Shown: in pieces, positions 42,083 through 54,301 of the stretch
Layout of the letters: each line of letters begins with the position of its first letter
Numbering within the stretch: position 1 is the first letter of the stretch
Program-made: the position numbers and the translations under genes
Notes under the pieces: model-generated
Told to the model about the DNA's origin: nothing
The model's input: only the letters and a program-made list of their open reading frames with translations
Database searches by the model: none
DNA from: Naegleria gruberi
Taxonomy: Eukaryota
Direction: 5' to 3' (one strand)
Length of the DNA stretch: 64,000 nucleotides
NCBI GenBank assembly: GCA_000004985.1
Contig: GG738865.1

Positions 42083-43420
42083 ATGAGATTCGTTAAGGAA
42101 CACCTTGAGGTGATTACTTGTTACATTCCTTCTGCTCATGAAATTACCTCCACAATTGAAAGCTTTGACGAATTGAAACTGTGTAAGGATCATTTTCCTC
42201 CCAACACTTGTTTCAATGTTTTTTGGTTTAATCAGAAATCTTGGGCTGCCCCAATATGCAGGTATATTAGTGAATATTTTGATACTTTGAAGGAATTATC
42301 TAGTGCCAAAGAGGGTTCAATGGCTGTAGTTAGGTTGTGTGCATTGGACAAACAACGCGAATCCTCTCTACCAAAGAAGGTTGTAACATCAGGATCTGGT
42401 TTTTATATGCTTCCCAATTTGGTGATTACTAATTGCCATGTTAATGAAAAGATTGGAACAAATCCTTGCTTTGCATTTAGTAATGCATGGAATATTGGTT
42501 ATTTTGATGATGCTCTTAAACAAGTAGAGCAACTTCCAGAAAAGAAGAGATTATGTTTTTCAGGACAATTATTGAAACTAACTCCCTACGAAACCAAGTT
42601 CAAACAAACAAAAATATGGACAGGAATTGATGCAATTACTGGAGAGATTGGAGACTTTTCATTCTTTGATTTTTCTGCTGTCCTATTCACAGGCAAACCA
42701 AATAATGTGATTTTCATACCTTCATCAACAGTATTGCAACCAGGAGATGAAATTATTACTCTTTCCTATCCTGGTGATGAAGAAAACACTTCACCATTAA
42801 AAGATTATGCAAACTATGCTAGTTGGGCACCCAGTGAATTGGTTATGAAAAGCAATATCTTTAATGGTTATGGAACTTTGTGTGCAAGTTTCGGCAAAAT
42901 TTTACATCCTTTCAGAAACATCAATGATGAATGGGAGAAGGACGAAGAGTTCAGGTACAACTCTTCCAATCAAGAGTGTCTAGCTAGCTCTGAATGTCTA
43001 TTTTTTGGCAGCTCTGGAGGAGTTATGATTTCCAAATCATGCCAAGTGCATCATGTTAATAATTTAACTCTTGTTGAATTTCATGCCATTCATGTTGGAG
43101 GAGAATTTGTTAGATGCAATGATTGCTTAAGAAAACATAGTGTTGCCATGAGGGAGTTTTGGGAAGATAATCACAATTCAGATCAACGAATTAAAGTTGA
43201 CTGTCAACCACAAGATTGGAGAATTTGTGAAAAGTGCTTGAATGATTCAGATCTGAATTTCAATAATCCATTATCGTATTCAAATAGTATATCAGTTCAT
43301 TCGAAGCCATTCGTTGAGTTTTTTGAAATGATTATTCTACCAGAATTGAAAAAATTGATTAATGTTTCAGATGTTTCTTCACTTGTTGAATATTGCCAAG
43401 AACATGGGATTAATTATTGA
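42083..43420 (+). CDS. Trypsin-like (chymotrypsin-fold) serine peptidase domain protein, no signal peptide, Cys-rich C-terminus
   Basis: ..SGSGFYMLPNLVITNCHV.. supplies the His motif and ..CLFFGSSGGVMI.. the GxSGG serine motif. The C-terminal part contains CNDCLRKH...CQPQDWRICEKC, which may bind zinc. Confidence 0.5.
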   Translation: MRFVKEHLEVITCYIPSAHEITSTIESFDELKLCKDHFPPNTCFNVFWFNQKSWAAPICRYISEYFDTLKELSSAKEGSMAVVRLCALDKQRESSLPKKVVTSGSGFYMLPNLVITNCHVNEKIGTNPCFAFSNAWNIGYFDDALKQVEQLPEKKRLCFSGQLLKLTPYETKFKQTKIWTGIDAITGEIGDFSFFDFSAVLFTGKPNNVIFIPSSTVLQPGDEIITLSYPGDEENTSPLKDYANYASWAPSELVMKSNIFNGYGTLCASFGKILHPFRNINDEWEKDEEFRYNSSNQECLASSECLFFGSSGGVMISKSCQVHHVNNLTLVEFHAIHVGGEFVRCNDCLRKHSVAMREFWEDNHNSDQRIKVDCQPQDWRICEKCLNDSDLNFNNPLSYSNSISVHSKPFVEFFEMIILPELKKLINVSDVSSLVEYCQEHGINY

Positions 43421-43491
43421 ACTGGTCAATTTATTTAATTTCTGATTATAAATAATAGTTTTATTATCAGCTTTCAGAATGTTGTAATCTC

Positions 43492-44232
43492 ATGAAATTA
43501 ATGCTAGCGCAGTCCAGTTCAACCAATCAGAAAAAAATGTCCCAACAGCAAACACAGCCCATCCACCAAGTGAGAACTTTTCTCTCACCTCTCTACGTTT
43601 TACTTTACAACAGATTCAAAAATGAAACTGTAAAATTGACTAACCAACAAAACGAATGCGAACACATTTTACAACAAACTCTTGCATTCACACATTATTT
43701 TCACCCATCAAAATTGAATAGATTTTTACACTTGTTGACCATTATTCCATTTTTTAGTGGATTATGGTTAATGTTTGGATTTTTAACAAGATTTACAACT
43801 GGATTGGAATTGACTCTGCCATTGATTTATTTGTGGAGTGTTTTATATGTGATATTTTCAATGGGAATTGATAGAATTGTTCCATATTTTTTGACATTTA
43901 TTTGTTTGGCTATTTCCTTATTTGTTAAATCAATTGTTTGCTTGAATAGTGGAGATCCAAATAGTCAATCATTTACAGTTTTATTCAATGCAGTTGGTTG
44001 TTTGTTAATTGCCTTAATTTTCCAAATCATTATAGGACATATTTTGATTGATGACAGAACTCCAGCATTTCTCTTACAAGAAGCATTTGTGATTACACCA
44101 ATTTATATGATCATGTCTTGTTTATTGATGGACAATCCACTTGTTGAATATTTACCTGAACTCAAAAGAGAAATTGAAACAAATGCAACAAGAGAAAGAT
44201 TTCACAAATTTGCAAGATTTAAAAAGACATAA
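43492..44232 (+). CDS. Hypothetical multipass membrane protein (246 aa)
   Basis: The ORF starts at an ATG and has four to five hydrophobic helices. No domain is recognised. Confidence 0.35.
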   Translation: MKLMLAQSSSTNQKKMSQQQTQPIHQVRTFLSPLYVLLYNRFKNETVKLTNQQNECEHILQQTLAFTHYFHPSKLNRFLHLLTIIPFFSGLWLMFGFLTRFTTGLELTLPLIYLWSVLYVIFSMGIDRIVPYFLTFICLAISLFVKSIVCLNSGDPNSQSFTVLFNAVGCLLIALIFQIIIGHILIDDRTPAFLLQEAFVITPIYMIMSCLLMDNPLVEYLPELKREIETNATRERFHKFARFKKT

Positions 44233-44516
44233 CTGCATGTTCTTTTCCCCAACAGATTACAATTCCAAAAACACCCAATTGATTATCTCAATAAAGTTCT
44301 TAGTAGTACCGTTTTATTTTCCCCAGTGACTGTATTTACGGTACTACTAAGAAATTGGGAGGATTGACACAACTTGATAATATATTGAAATCTAATTTTT
44401 TGAATGATTAGCACGGTTATTATTTTGGTCCGATATTATTGTAAAAATTCTTAATTTGTGAACAAATTTGTAACATTCATGGACATTGACGCGTTTCAAG
44501 GAAGATTCAAAAAAAA

Positions 44517-47500
44517 ATGCATCCAAACCATGCAACACCCATCCATCAGCCACATTGTTTTTATTTGGTCTTGTCGATTCTAATCTTCTTTTCATCATTT
44601 AGTTTGGCAAATAATGTGGAATTTTATATTCACTCCAGGATTGGACAAGATTCTCCCACATGTGGAATGATGGAAAGTTTACCATGTAAAACAATTCGAT
44701 ATCCTATTGATAATTTAATGAATAATACAAATTCAGGAAATAATATTCTAATTAAATTGATGAATAATTGGATAGGTGATTGTATTTTGTTTAATAATGA
44801 GAATGTGACTATTGATAGCATTCATTTTATGGGAACGAATCGATTGGTCAACTTGGAATGTAGTGCGGATCAGAACCAAGTCAAAATACCATTGGTTAGA
44901 TTTTCAAATTTGAATTTGGATTTGGTAATGTTTGGAGTTAGTCAATTGGAAATTTTCAACTGTACAATAGTTGATTTTGTGGTGAATGATATTCGGAGAA
45001 GTTTAATTCTGGATAATATACAAGTAGGAACAGAAAATTTGAAACAATTGCTTGAAAAAGATTCGAATATCGATTTGAAAAAGGTTATATTTAATATTTT
45101 CATTGAACTTGGATCAATAGATACGAGCAGTAAGGAAGTTATTGTAAGAAATTCACATATTATTGGCTGTAATTTATATGTTGGATCTACACTTTCGAAT
45201 GGTTCGTTGCTAGTTGAAAATTCCACATTTGAATATTCTCTTTTAGATTTAACTAATGGTTTAGGATACACTCCAAAATCGGTCCCTAGACCATCATTTT
45301 ATATTGCCAGTTCCAAATTTTATAGGTCATCCATTCAAGCACGTGAAGCACTTTCTGTTACTATTCAAAATTGTGAACTCATTCAAAATATTCCAAACAA
45401 ATTGGCAATTGTACTTTCATTAATACCCAATTCCATTTATGCAGCATTTTCAGTTACTTCCTCTGCAATCTGCAACGTATTAGTGTCAGCGTCTGTATTT
45501 TCCAATTGTCAATCAGTTGGTGCAATGTATTTAGAGGGAACTGGTATCAATGCAGAAGTAGAATGGTCACATTTTAAAGATAATTCGAATGTTAAGGGAG
45601 GAGCAGCTATTAATTTACAAACTATTTATAATCTATTTGCTCATAATACAATATTTGAGAATAACAAGCAAGTTTTAGATTCGAGTGAAAGTTTATCAAA
45701 TATTAAGGCAGACGAAAGAGGAGGCGGAGCTATTTTACAATATCAATCCCTATTAACAACAGAATCATGTATTTTTATTAACAATGAAGGAATTACAGGA
45801 GGTGCAGTTCTCAATTTTCAAGCTCATAAATACAAAAGTAGTGTAGATGTAAGTAGTTTCGTTAAGGTTGGCCTAATTGACCAAAAATTAATCAAAAATA
45901 GTATTTTTATAACAATACAGCATCTTATGGAGGTGCTTGTGCATCTATTGATTTTACCTATTCCTCTAGTGTTTATATATACTCATCAACATTTGAGAAA
46001 AACAAAGCCACCAAATATGGTGGAGCTATTTTCACATTGAAAACCGTCTTGAATCTTGGATTTCAAACATTTTCAATCAATAATAATTATGCAGGAATAT
46101 CTGGTGGAGGTGCCTATACTGTTGGAACGAAACAAGAGAATGGCGTACCTTTGATAGATCGGTGCAAAGACAATTACAATGGAAATGGAAAGCTTTCAAA
46201 TCATGATGCATTCCCAGAGATTATCAGTTTAAGAATTCCAGTAAAACAATTTCTATCAATGAGTAATGATAGCAATAGCAATGCTAAAATGTTGGAAACA
46301 TCATTTGGAGAGAAATTAGTGCTCAATTTAGATTTGTTTGACAATACATATGGAAATGATAATATTCCAGTGAATTCGTTCACTGAAATGGAACTCTCTG
46401 TGGAAACAAAACCTTCCAAGGACATGACATTTGAAATTCATCAGCCGACCACCAATGAAATTGATGGAATTCTATATTCTAGATCTACCAATGAAAAATT
46501 AAGAGGAAATGGAACTTTAATATTTACAATCAAGTCATCTCTATTCAAAACTGGAACATTTTCATCCCAAATAGAAATTGCTGTGACCCCAATGGAATGT
46601 AAACCTTGGTTCTCTCTTCAAGCGGATATGAAAAAGATTGTAAATGGTGGTTTTGCATACTCATGTGAATTTAACTCATACCTTATCATTCCATTTGTAG
46701 TGTCATCTGTACTTATTGTAGGATGTATAGTTTTTACTATTATTGGAATTGTTTGTTTCAAATTTTATGGAATGAAGAGTAAAATTAAAGTTCTTCATAA
46801 GAAGGAACAAGCAGAGGAAGAGTTGACTCAAAAATTATTGGATTTACAATCACTATATACATCTGAATTAGAATCCAAATATTCCATTAAGAATTGGCTA
46901 ATCAAGATTGAGGATATCAAGGTTATAAAAAAGATTGGTGAAGGAGGAATGGGAGTTGTCTATCTAGCTCTGTAAGTTTAATTCATGGACTCTATAATCT
47001 TATTCAATTATGTGAAATTTAGTTGGAAAAATGTTGAAGTTGCTTTGAAGACAATTAAATTAGAGGAAGATGATATGGATTCTAGTGAATTTGAACATGA
47101 ATCTTCAATGCTTTCATCTATAAGACATCCAAATGTTGTTAACCTTTATGGAGTGGTCTTATCAGATCAATCAAAATTCATGGTAACTGAATATATGAAT
47201 GGAGGATGTTTGGAAAAATTAATTTATGATTGTAAAATGAAGAAGAAACATATCAATCTGAGAGAAAAAGTTTCAATTCTTATTGGAATTGCAAATGGAA
47301 TGAGTTATTTACATGGTGGAAAGGATAATTGTATGATTATTCACAGGTGAGTTGATTTCGTATATTTTTAACTAATCAATTCAATCAGAGATTTGAAACC
47401 AGGAAATATTCTACTATCCAATGATTTAACACCTAAAATTGCTGACTTTGGTTTATCAACACTTTCCAATCAAAGCTCAAACACAACCAAAACACAGCAT

Positions 47501-48022
47501 ATTGGAACATTGCTCTACATGTGTCCAGAGATTCTATTAGGAAAAAATTACAATGAAAAATCAGATGTCTATAGTTTTTCTATTATAATGTGGCAATTGT
47601 TATTTGATGAGACAGTACTATTCCATCAAAACTATACAACAAATCCAAAAATTTCTACCATCATGTCAAAACAGGAAATTGAAACATTTTCATCACTTGC
47701 CAATCAAAGCTCTCTATTGTTTATTCCAAAATTGATTTCTGAAGGATTACGTTTACCAATTCCAACCTTGCCAATCAATTCTCATTCACAAATTATGAGA
47801 ATGTGGATTAGAGAATATTTTGTTGTGGAAGATTTCAAATTTACCAATCAAGGGAATGTGGGAAATAATCTTGGACTAGTTGATGATCCATTAGATAGTT
47901 ATATGAAAGCACTCGATGGATTATTTTCCATTTTAAAGATGGCATGGGCTGATGATTTCAATAATCGACCATCTTTTACTGAAATTTCAGTGGAATTGAT
48001 GCATATTAAACAAAACTTGTAA
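44517..48022 (+). CDS. Receptor-type protein kinase: signal peptide, parallel beta-helix repeat ectodomain, TM helix and TKL/Tyr-like kinase, four exons
   Basis: The exons are 44517..45848, 45902..46971, 47023..47346 and 47389..48022, separated by introns of 53 bp (GTAAGT..AAATAG), 51 bp (GTAAGT..ATTTAG) and 42 bp (GTGAGT..AATCAG). The ectodomain carries repeated ..GGGAILQY.., ..GGAVLNFQA.., ..YGGACASIDF.., ..KYGGAIFTL.. and ..GISGGGAYTV.. beta-helix units with many NxT sites. A TM helix (LIIPFVVSSVLIVGCIVFTIIGIVCF) follows. The kinase motifs GEGGMGVVYLALW..VALK, HRDLKPGNILL, DFGLS and YMCPE are all present. Confidence 0.7.
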
Positions 48023-48150
48023 ACCTTCCAAAAATTAATTTGAAATTCATACGGATTTGCCATTGTGGTGGTAATGTGACCTAGCAATTCAGAACCAAAG
48101 AAGCAAATAGAAATTTATAAAGGATTCAATCAAATGAGACCTTCTTAATT

Positions 48151-49530
48151 CTATTTCATTGGATGTGGTTTTCTAGTTTCATATTTACAACCCCATTTAT
48201 CCACCTCAACTGGCTTCAGAAAAATACAATCGTCAAGCAATTGATGGGCTTCATCTGAGAAGACATTTCGTGACAGATTCAGCTCTTTCAAGTCGAGCAT
48301 ATTTCCAAATGTAAGTCCAATAATTCCAACTTCATTAATTTTGTTATTGGAAATATTGAGATATGTCAAATTATACAAATATTCACTAGAGCCAATTTTT
48401 AAACAGCCAACATTTCCTATTCCGGGATCACTGTTGCTTACATTCAGGGATGTGACATTCCTCATAATTGGTGATGTTATTAATGCTTCAAACCCAGATC
48501 CAATTCCATTATCCGCTAAGGAGAGATAGGTGAGGTTTCTGATAAGTCTATTGGAAGCAAGTGCTATAGCTTCCTCTTTTTTAATTTCACAGGAGTCAGC
48601 TATTAATGTTTTCATTGTTGACATGATATGACTTGAGAATAGTTTGACCAATCCTTCGTTTTCAATTAATAGTCGAGAAATATCCAAGTATCTCAATTTA
48701 GTTAAAAATGGATTGTTAGCTATTAAACAAATGCTGCTTTCAAAATACTCATAAGTTTGTGGTTGAACAGAGAGGTAAGTTAATTGAGATAAATTCTCAT
48801 TTTTGGAAAAGTATTCAAATACCTCATCATTCTCTTTTGTTACTCTAAATTCCAATGCTTTCAACTTGAAAGTGTCAACAAGAGCAATAATTGACAGTTT
48901 TTTCAGAGGTGAATGAGCATAAAACTCTTCCAATTTCTTCAAGTATGGACTATTTGTCATTGCCAAAATGCCATCATTTGTAAAATCACCAGAAACATGC
49001 AAAACTCTCAAATTTTTCATTCCCTCATTTTGGCTCAATATCACCAATGAATCATCACTAATACTATTAAATGAAAAATTCAAAGATTCCAATCTTAGAG
49101 TTGTTACAATAATCTTGAAACTCTCTGCATCACATCCTGTTCCAGTCAAGTTCAATTCTCTCAGTAAATGTGAATTAGCTCCTTTACAAAGGGAATTCAT
49201 TGATTTTCCATTCAAATTAACAAGAGAAGTTAGACGAATTTTCAATGATGAAACATTGTAATATTTCAAACATCCATCACGGAGTTTTTTCTTCAATTCT
49301 TTGTTTTTTGCAAAGTGAATATCTATTTTCAGGCCACATTCGTATTTGATAAATTGACGCCACTGGCTACAAACTTTCGAACAAGAATCGACAAGAAATT
49401 TCGTATTTTCTGCAGAATTGATGAAGGAAAAGATGAGTATACAAACATCGTTGGAAAATTTCTGAGGTTCAGCGTGTTCAATACTGTTTAGGTCACTTTC
49501 GGCAAGAGCTTTAGTATTTTGTGATCCCAT
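48151..49530 (-). CDS. F-box / LRR (RNI-like) protein
   Basis: The first ATG is at 49530 (MGSQNTKAL..). An F-box-like segment (FSNDVCILIFSFINSAENTKFLVDSCSKVCSQWRQFI) is followed by about 14 LRR-like units (..LNLTGTGCD.., ..LRVLHVSGDF.., ..LTYLSLADNGIG..). The longer track ORF includes 5' leader read-through. Confidence 0.55.
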   Translation of the reverse strand: MGSQNTKALAESDLNSIEHAEPQKFSNDVCILIFSFINSAENTKFLVDSCSKVCSQWRQFIKYECGLKIDIHFAKNKELKKKLRDGCLKYYNVSSLKIRLTSLVNLNGKSMNSLCKGANSHLLRELNLTGTGCDAESFKIIVTTLRLESLNFSFNSISDDSLVILSQNEGMKNLRVLHVSGDFTNDGILAMTNSPYLKKLEEFYAHSPLKKLSIIALVDTFKLKALEFRVTKENDEVFEYFSKNENLSQLTYLSVQPQTYEYFESSICLIANNPFLTKLRYLDISRLLIENEGLVKLFSSHIMSTMKTLIADSCEIKKEEAIALASNRLIRNLTYLSLADNGIGSGFEALITSPIMRNVTSLNVSNSDPGIGNVGCLKIGSSEYLYNLTYLNISNNKINEVGIIGLTFGNMLDLKELNLSRNVFSDEAHQLLDDCIFLKPVEVDKWGCKYETRKPHPMK

Positions 49531-49925
49531 TTTTTTATGAATTTTCTTGATGGCTTTTAATGGAATACCTTTTTTGTCAGAATCTATCCTAAAGCACAAA
49601 CTTTCAATTTCTAAATAAATAGTAATGGTAAATAAGATAACCAAGTTTCATATGTTGTAACAAATTTATAAATATTTAGAAAGCAACAATTATCCCTTAA
49701 TAAGTTTAGTTAATGTTTCATTCGTCTTGAACCTCTTTTTGTGAGTCATCTTTCTGAAAGGAATTGATTTTAACTAATCTCTTTTAGAATTGATAACGTA
49801 ATTTCCACAAACACATTCAAGCAGAAGGATGCTTTCTGATAATTGAGCACTGGTAGCAAATTTCAAGATTTCATTCATGATATCCTTTAGAGGCAATTAA
49901 GGCGCCAAAAAATTATTTTAAAAAA

Positions 49926-51812
49926 ATGAGTAAAAGAAAAATTGGTCCTCTATTAACAAAATCGGCAACCCAACGATGGGAAGAGGCTTTCGAAGCAGTG
50001 GCTGATGACGATATCAAATTGGATATGGTACTGCAATACGTTGATAAATTGCAGGAAAGTTCCGAATTAAATTTCACGAAAACAGAATGGACAAAAACAC
50101 AATTCACCACCAAGTTTTGCTCCTTGTTGAATATTGTTCCCAAACCAGAAAATGAAAATCCTCTATGTGTTGAAGAATCACCCTTCCTGATCAGCCTTCT
50201 GTCATTGTATCAACAATTTCAAAGCAACAAGTTATCTGAATCCATTTCCTTATTTAAAGAATGTCAACAGAATATGATAAAAGAATTTGCACTTCCACCC
50301 CATAACAATACAGAGAAGGCACTCTTTTCTTTATTGTCTGCACTTGAACGATTGGAAAGAATTTCATTCGAGCGCAATTTAGGAGAGGTGGTTGTTTCTG
50401 GTGCAATGTTTTCGTTGTTAGATGTAATCTGCACACTAAAAGGTCACAAACAAAACGAGTAAGTTATGTTACTTGTTCATCACATTCAATTTTGTAGAGA
50501 CAAGCAAAACACAGTGATATTAGATGACAAAATCAAAAGCTTCAATGTAAGAAATGATGGCCTTATTCAAACTGAAAAAGACTATGTATATTGTAGAAGA
50601 GAGGATACATCTTTTGATGATCGCGTGGATTGGGAAGATTTTGGCATTGATGCCTATAAACTGATTATTTCAATGAAGAGCCAGCTGAAACAAAACATGA
50701 ATACAGTATTTATGTGCCAAGAAGAAATTAACAAATATAGCAAAGTCTTGGGGTTATGTTATACCAAATTAGATACATTCGTTTTTATATTAGATGCACA
50801 AATTAATAAGAAAGGAAATGAAAACATCCCAGAATATTCTCTCTACTTTCAAAGGTTTGATATGAAGTTGCATGGAGCGATATTATTGTTTACGTATATT
50901 ATGCAATTTATTTTGCAATACGTTCCTTCTAATATTTTCACAACCATCACTCCTTTCAGACCAGCCAATACACCAAATAAGCTTTTGATACCAACTGGGC
51001 AATTACTATCTGATATTCTCAGTTCAAAGAGGTGTAGTAAAATTTCCAAACACGGAAAAGTGGTGTTAAAAAAACACGAAGACGAAAAGAACGAAAGAGT
51101 CAACTATGTCCTACAATCAAACTCTTTCCTGAAAGTGGTTTCACCTGAAGAGAAAGAAATCATTCTGAAATTGATTAGTAATTCATGTTACTGCATGTAC
51201 TTGCCCCAAATTCTAAATGTGTATAAGAATGACGTAGAGTTTGAAAAGTTGAACAGTCTCCCAGAGAAAATGTCTGAAAAAGATATAATGGCCTTGGCAA
51301 TAGATATTTCCATAGCATTGAACCATCTCCATGGCCACAATATTATTCATAGAGATGTTAAGCCCGATAATATAATGACTAGATCACTCAGTGATCCATC
51401 AAGCTTCATGTGGTTTGTATTAATTGACTTTGGGTTAAGTTTAGAGTTTGTGGAAAAGAATGGAATATACTTTTGCAAAAATTCAGGAACTGAAATCAAC
51501 GAAAACTTAGGTACCAGTATTTTTAAAGCCCCAGAAGTTGCTGCTTCCCAACCATACACTGAGAAATGTGACATTTACTCATTGGGAGCCTCTTTATTGT
51601 ATCTGAAAAATGAATCAGTCTTTTTACAACTGTGGAGACAGGGTATTAAGAACATTCCAACAAACATGTTGAAAACTCTAGATTGGGATTACACTGAATT
51701 TGGTGATATCATTAGGGATATGGTGGCTGATGATCCAAAAATTAGACCTTCAGCAGAAAATATTGAAAATCGCCTTTCAACGTTATTCCAAAACTGCATT
51801 AACCTTGATTGA
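49926..51812 (+). CDS. Protein kinase with an about 290-aa N-terminal non-kinase region, two exons
   Basis: The exons are 49926..50458 and 50498..51812, separated by a 39-bp intron at 50459..50497 (GTAAGT..TTTGTAG) in phase 2. The C-terminal kinase core has HGHNIIHRDVKPDNIM, DFGLS and APE..DIYSLG. No canonical GxGxxG is visible, so the kinase may be atypical. Confidence 0.55.
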
Positions 51813-52012
51813 AAATATCATGTGACCATATTTCTACAAAAAACAAGCATGCAATTCGAACATTGTAAACTAATGTTTGCTTTCTAATACTACTTCCAAA
51901 AGATTCTTCCAATCCGATTTGTTTATACAAACAAATATTTTTGCTGTTTATTTTTAATCACAACCTATTTTCTCGTCGCCAAGCAAAACTCTCTTGCTCT
52001 ACTCAAAAAAAA

Positions 52013-53185
52013 ATGAAAACACACCAAGAACAAACTACCCTCGAACGTTATGCCAAAGCAAAAGATGATCTAGAGGCTAAAATTTCCATGATGGATTTAT
52101 GTTCAGAATTGCAACAAGTTTACAAACAGCAAGAAGACAAAGCATTATATCAAAAATTGTTGAATGGAAATGTTGAAGAGGATATTCAAAGACTTGCTAC
52201 ATTAATGAGAAGAGATCCGACAAGTTATTTGGCCCATCAACATGAGAGAATTAGCCAAGCCTTTGAAAAGTTTAACGAAACTGAATTCGAAAGGTTTAAA
52301 CTAATCTTTTTGATCATGGGTCCCTATTTATTTGAAAGTGGTGGATTGATTAATGATTTTTTAGTGAGGCAATATTCACAAATTAAGAAAATCACATTAG
52401 AGAGTAAGATAATGAAATCTATTCCAATTGAAGATTTTTCACTCAGTTATTTGGAAGAAACTGATCGATTAGTTGGAAGCTTTGACATTGAACAAGAAAT
52501 TTATGATTTAAATCAAGAATTGTACAATGTTGAAACATTGAGAGAAGCCAGAAAATTGATTGATGACCTCTTGGATAAGATATATTACTATCGATGGAAT
52601 ACCATGAATAGGTTAAATGAGAAAAAATTCTGGGAACCTTGGTTGGATGATTCAATGACACACCTTTCTAGGCAAAAGAGAGACCTAGTTTCACGAATTG
52701 TTGCTTTATACACAACAGTTGATATTGTAAAGAAAGTACTGATAGCTATATCAATTATTTTAGTTGTGTCATTCATCATCTACTTGATATTTTTAGGTGT
52801 TAAGGGATTTATTATCAATCAGTCATATTATGGGACATGCAGCACAACAGAATCAAACTTTGAAAAGATTAAGACAGTTGCAACCAAATTTACGATTACC
52901 AAGTTCCATATTACTGTCTATGGAGCTACTGATTTTTTAAGATTTTTTTCTGCATTCTTAATACTTCCTGTTTCTCTTTCAACTTTCCTTCTATGGTATT
53001 GGATGGAAATATCATATTGGAAATTGATTGGGATTTCAAATCTACCAACCACAAAGGCAATTATTAATTTTCTGTTTTGGGATTCAGTTTTGAAACTACT
53101 TATTATTGGAGTTTATTATTTATCTGCTGTAGTTTGGATTATTGACCAAGTAGTGTATAATAGAATAGCTGGTTTGTGTGATTAA
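52013..53185 (+). CDS. Hypothetical protein with a C-terminal multi-TM region
   Basis: The first ATG is at MKTHQEQ. The N-terminal half is helical and soluble, the C-terminal half has three to four TM helices, and no domain is recognised. Confidence 0.35.
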   Translation: MKTHQEQTTLERYAKAKDDLEAKISMMDLCSELQQVYKQQEDKALYQKLLNGNVEEDIQRLATLMRRDPTSYLAHQHERISQAFEKFNETEFERFKLIFLIMGPYLFESGGLINDFLVRQYSQIKKITLESKIMKSIPIEDFSLSYLEETDRLVGSFDIEQEIYDLNQELYNVETLREARKLIDDLLDKIYYYRWNTMNRLNEKKFWEPWLDDSMTHLSRQKRDLVSRIVALYTTVDIVKKVLIAISIILVVSFIIYLIFLGVKGFIINQSYYGTCSTTESNFEKIKTVATKFTITKFHITVYGATDFLRFFSAFLILPVSLSTFLLWYWMEISYWKLIGISNLPTTKAIINFLFWDSVLKLLIIGVYYLSAVVWIIDQVVYNRIAGLCD

Positions 53186-53570
53186 TATTTCAAATAATTG
53201 TTGTAAATAAATTGAAATTGTTGTTGCCTTCCTTAATATTGTGGTAATCGTACATTGTTTCGAATAAATCAAAGGCTAGCAATCATGAAAAGGAGATGAT
53301 CATCAATTACTGTATTGAGTTTTACGATTGTTATCTACAGTCTTCTTACTATTTCAGTAACTATTCTCAAAAATCATGACAATAGAATTTGTTTGAACGT
53401 GATGATAACAATTGTTTGCCGCCAACAACTTTTCCGTTACGTTCATCAAGGCTTTTCCGAAGGCTTTGTGTGTAAAGAAGTCTACCTTGAAATTGCGCTC
53501 AAAATTTTTTCGCAAGAGAGTTTGGCTGCAACAGAACTCACTCCAATAAAAAAAACCAACAAAAAATACA

Positions 53571-54252
53571 ATGCCACCAAAGAAGAAGGCCGCTGCTGAT
53601 TCTGATGACGAAAAGCCAAAGAGAGCACCAACACCTCTTGCTTTGTTCAAAGAAGGTATGATTTATCATCATCATCATCAAGTTTTATTTAATATATTAT
53701 TCATCATTGATATATATAGATAATATGGAAAAAGTAAAGAAGGATAACGCAGGAAAGAAGCAAAATGAAATTAATAAGATCTTGTCTCAAATGTTTAAAG
53801 ATGCTGATGATGATGTAAAGGAAAAATACACTAAGAAGAGTAAGAAGCTCAAGGCTGAACTCGAAGGAGATGATGATGAAGAAGAAGAAGAAAAGACAAC
53901 AACAAAGGGATCAAAGAAGAGAGGTGCACCAAAGAAGTCTGACGAAGAAAAGACTACAACATCTGACAAGCCTAAGAGAGCCCAATCTGCTTTGCAAATT
54001 TTCCAAGCTGCCAAGTTAGAGGAAACTAAGAACAAGAAGGAAAATGAAGGAAAGAAACCTGCTGAACTTAAGAAGATCTTGAGTGAAATGTGGAAGGAAA
54101 TGGATGATGACGAAAAGAAGCCATATGTTGATTTGTCTAATCAACAAAAGGAACAAAACAAGGCTGCTAAGAAATCAAGTGCTCCTCCAAAGAAGAAGAA
54201 GAAGAAGGATGAATCTGAAGATGAAGAAGGAAGCGAATCTGATGAGGAATAA
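53571..54252 (+). CDS. HMGB-type protein with two HMG boxes and an acidic tail, two exons
   Basis: The exons are 53571..53655 and 53720..54252, separated by a 64-bp intron at 53656..53719 (GTATGA..TATATAG). The boxes are KPKRAPTPLALFKE-DNMEKVKKDN..KILSQMFKDADDDVKEKY and KPKRAQSALQIFQAAKLEE..KKILSEMWKEMDDDEKKPYV. The tail is poly-K followed by poly-E/D. Confidence 0.8.
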
Positions 54253-54301
54253 ATTGTAGAGATGTAAATTATTTATCAAAATTGCAGTGATGAGCTTTTT
54301 G

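Noticed and set aside
46037-46975. Apparent overlapping-gene or frameshift pair (ORF 44517..46040 and ORF 46037..46975)
   Set aside because: This is not a frameshift. A 53-bp GTAAGT..AG intron (45849..45901) joins the two frames and keeps the GG[AG] beta-helix repeat pattern continuous. The tail of ORF 1 past 45848 is intron plus out-of-frame exon read-through.
53656-53719. CAT/ATC microsatellite (catcatcatcatcatca) and TA-rich run
   Set aside because: It lies inside the 64-bp HMGB intron. It is too short to count as a satellite or mobile-element remnant.
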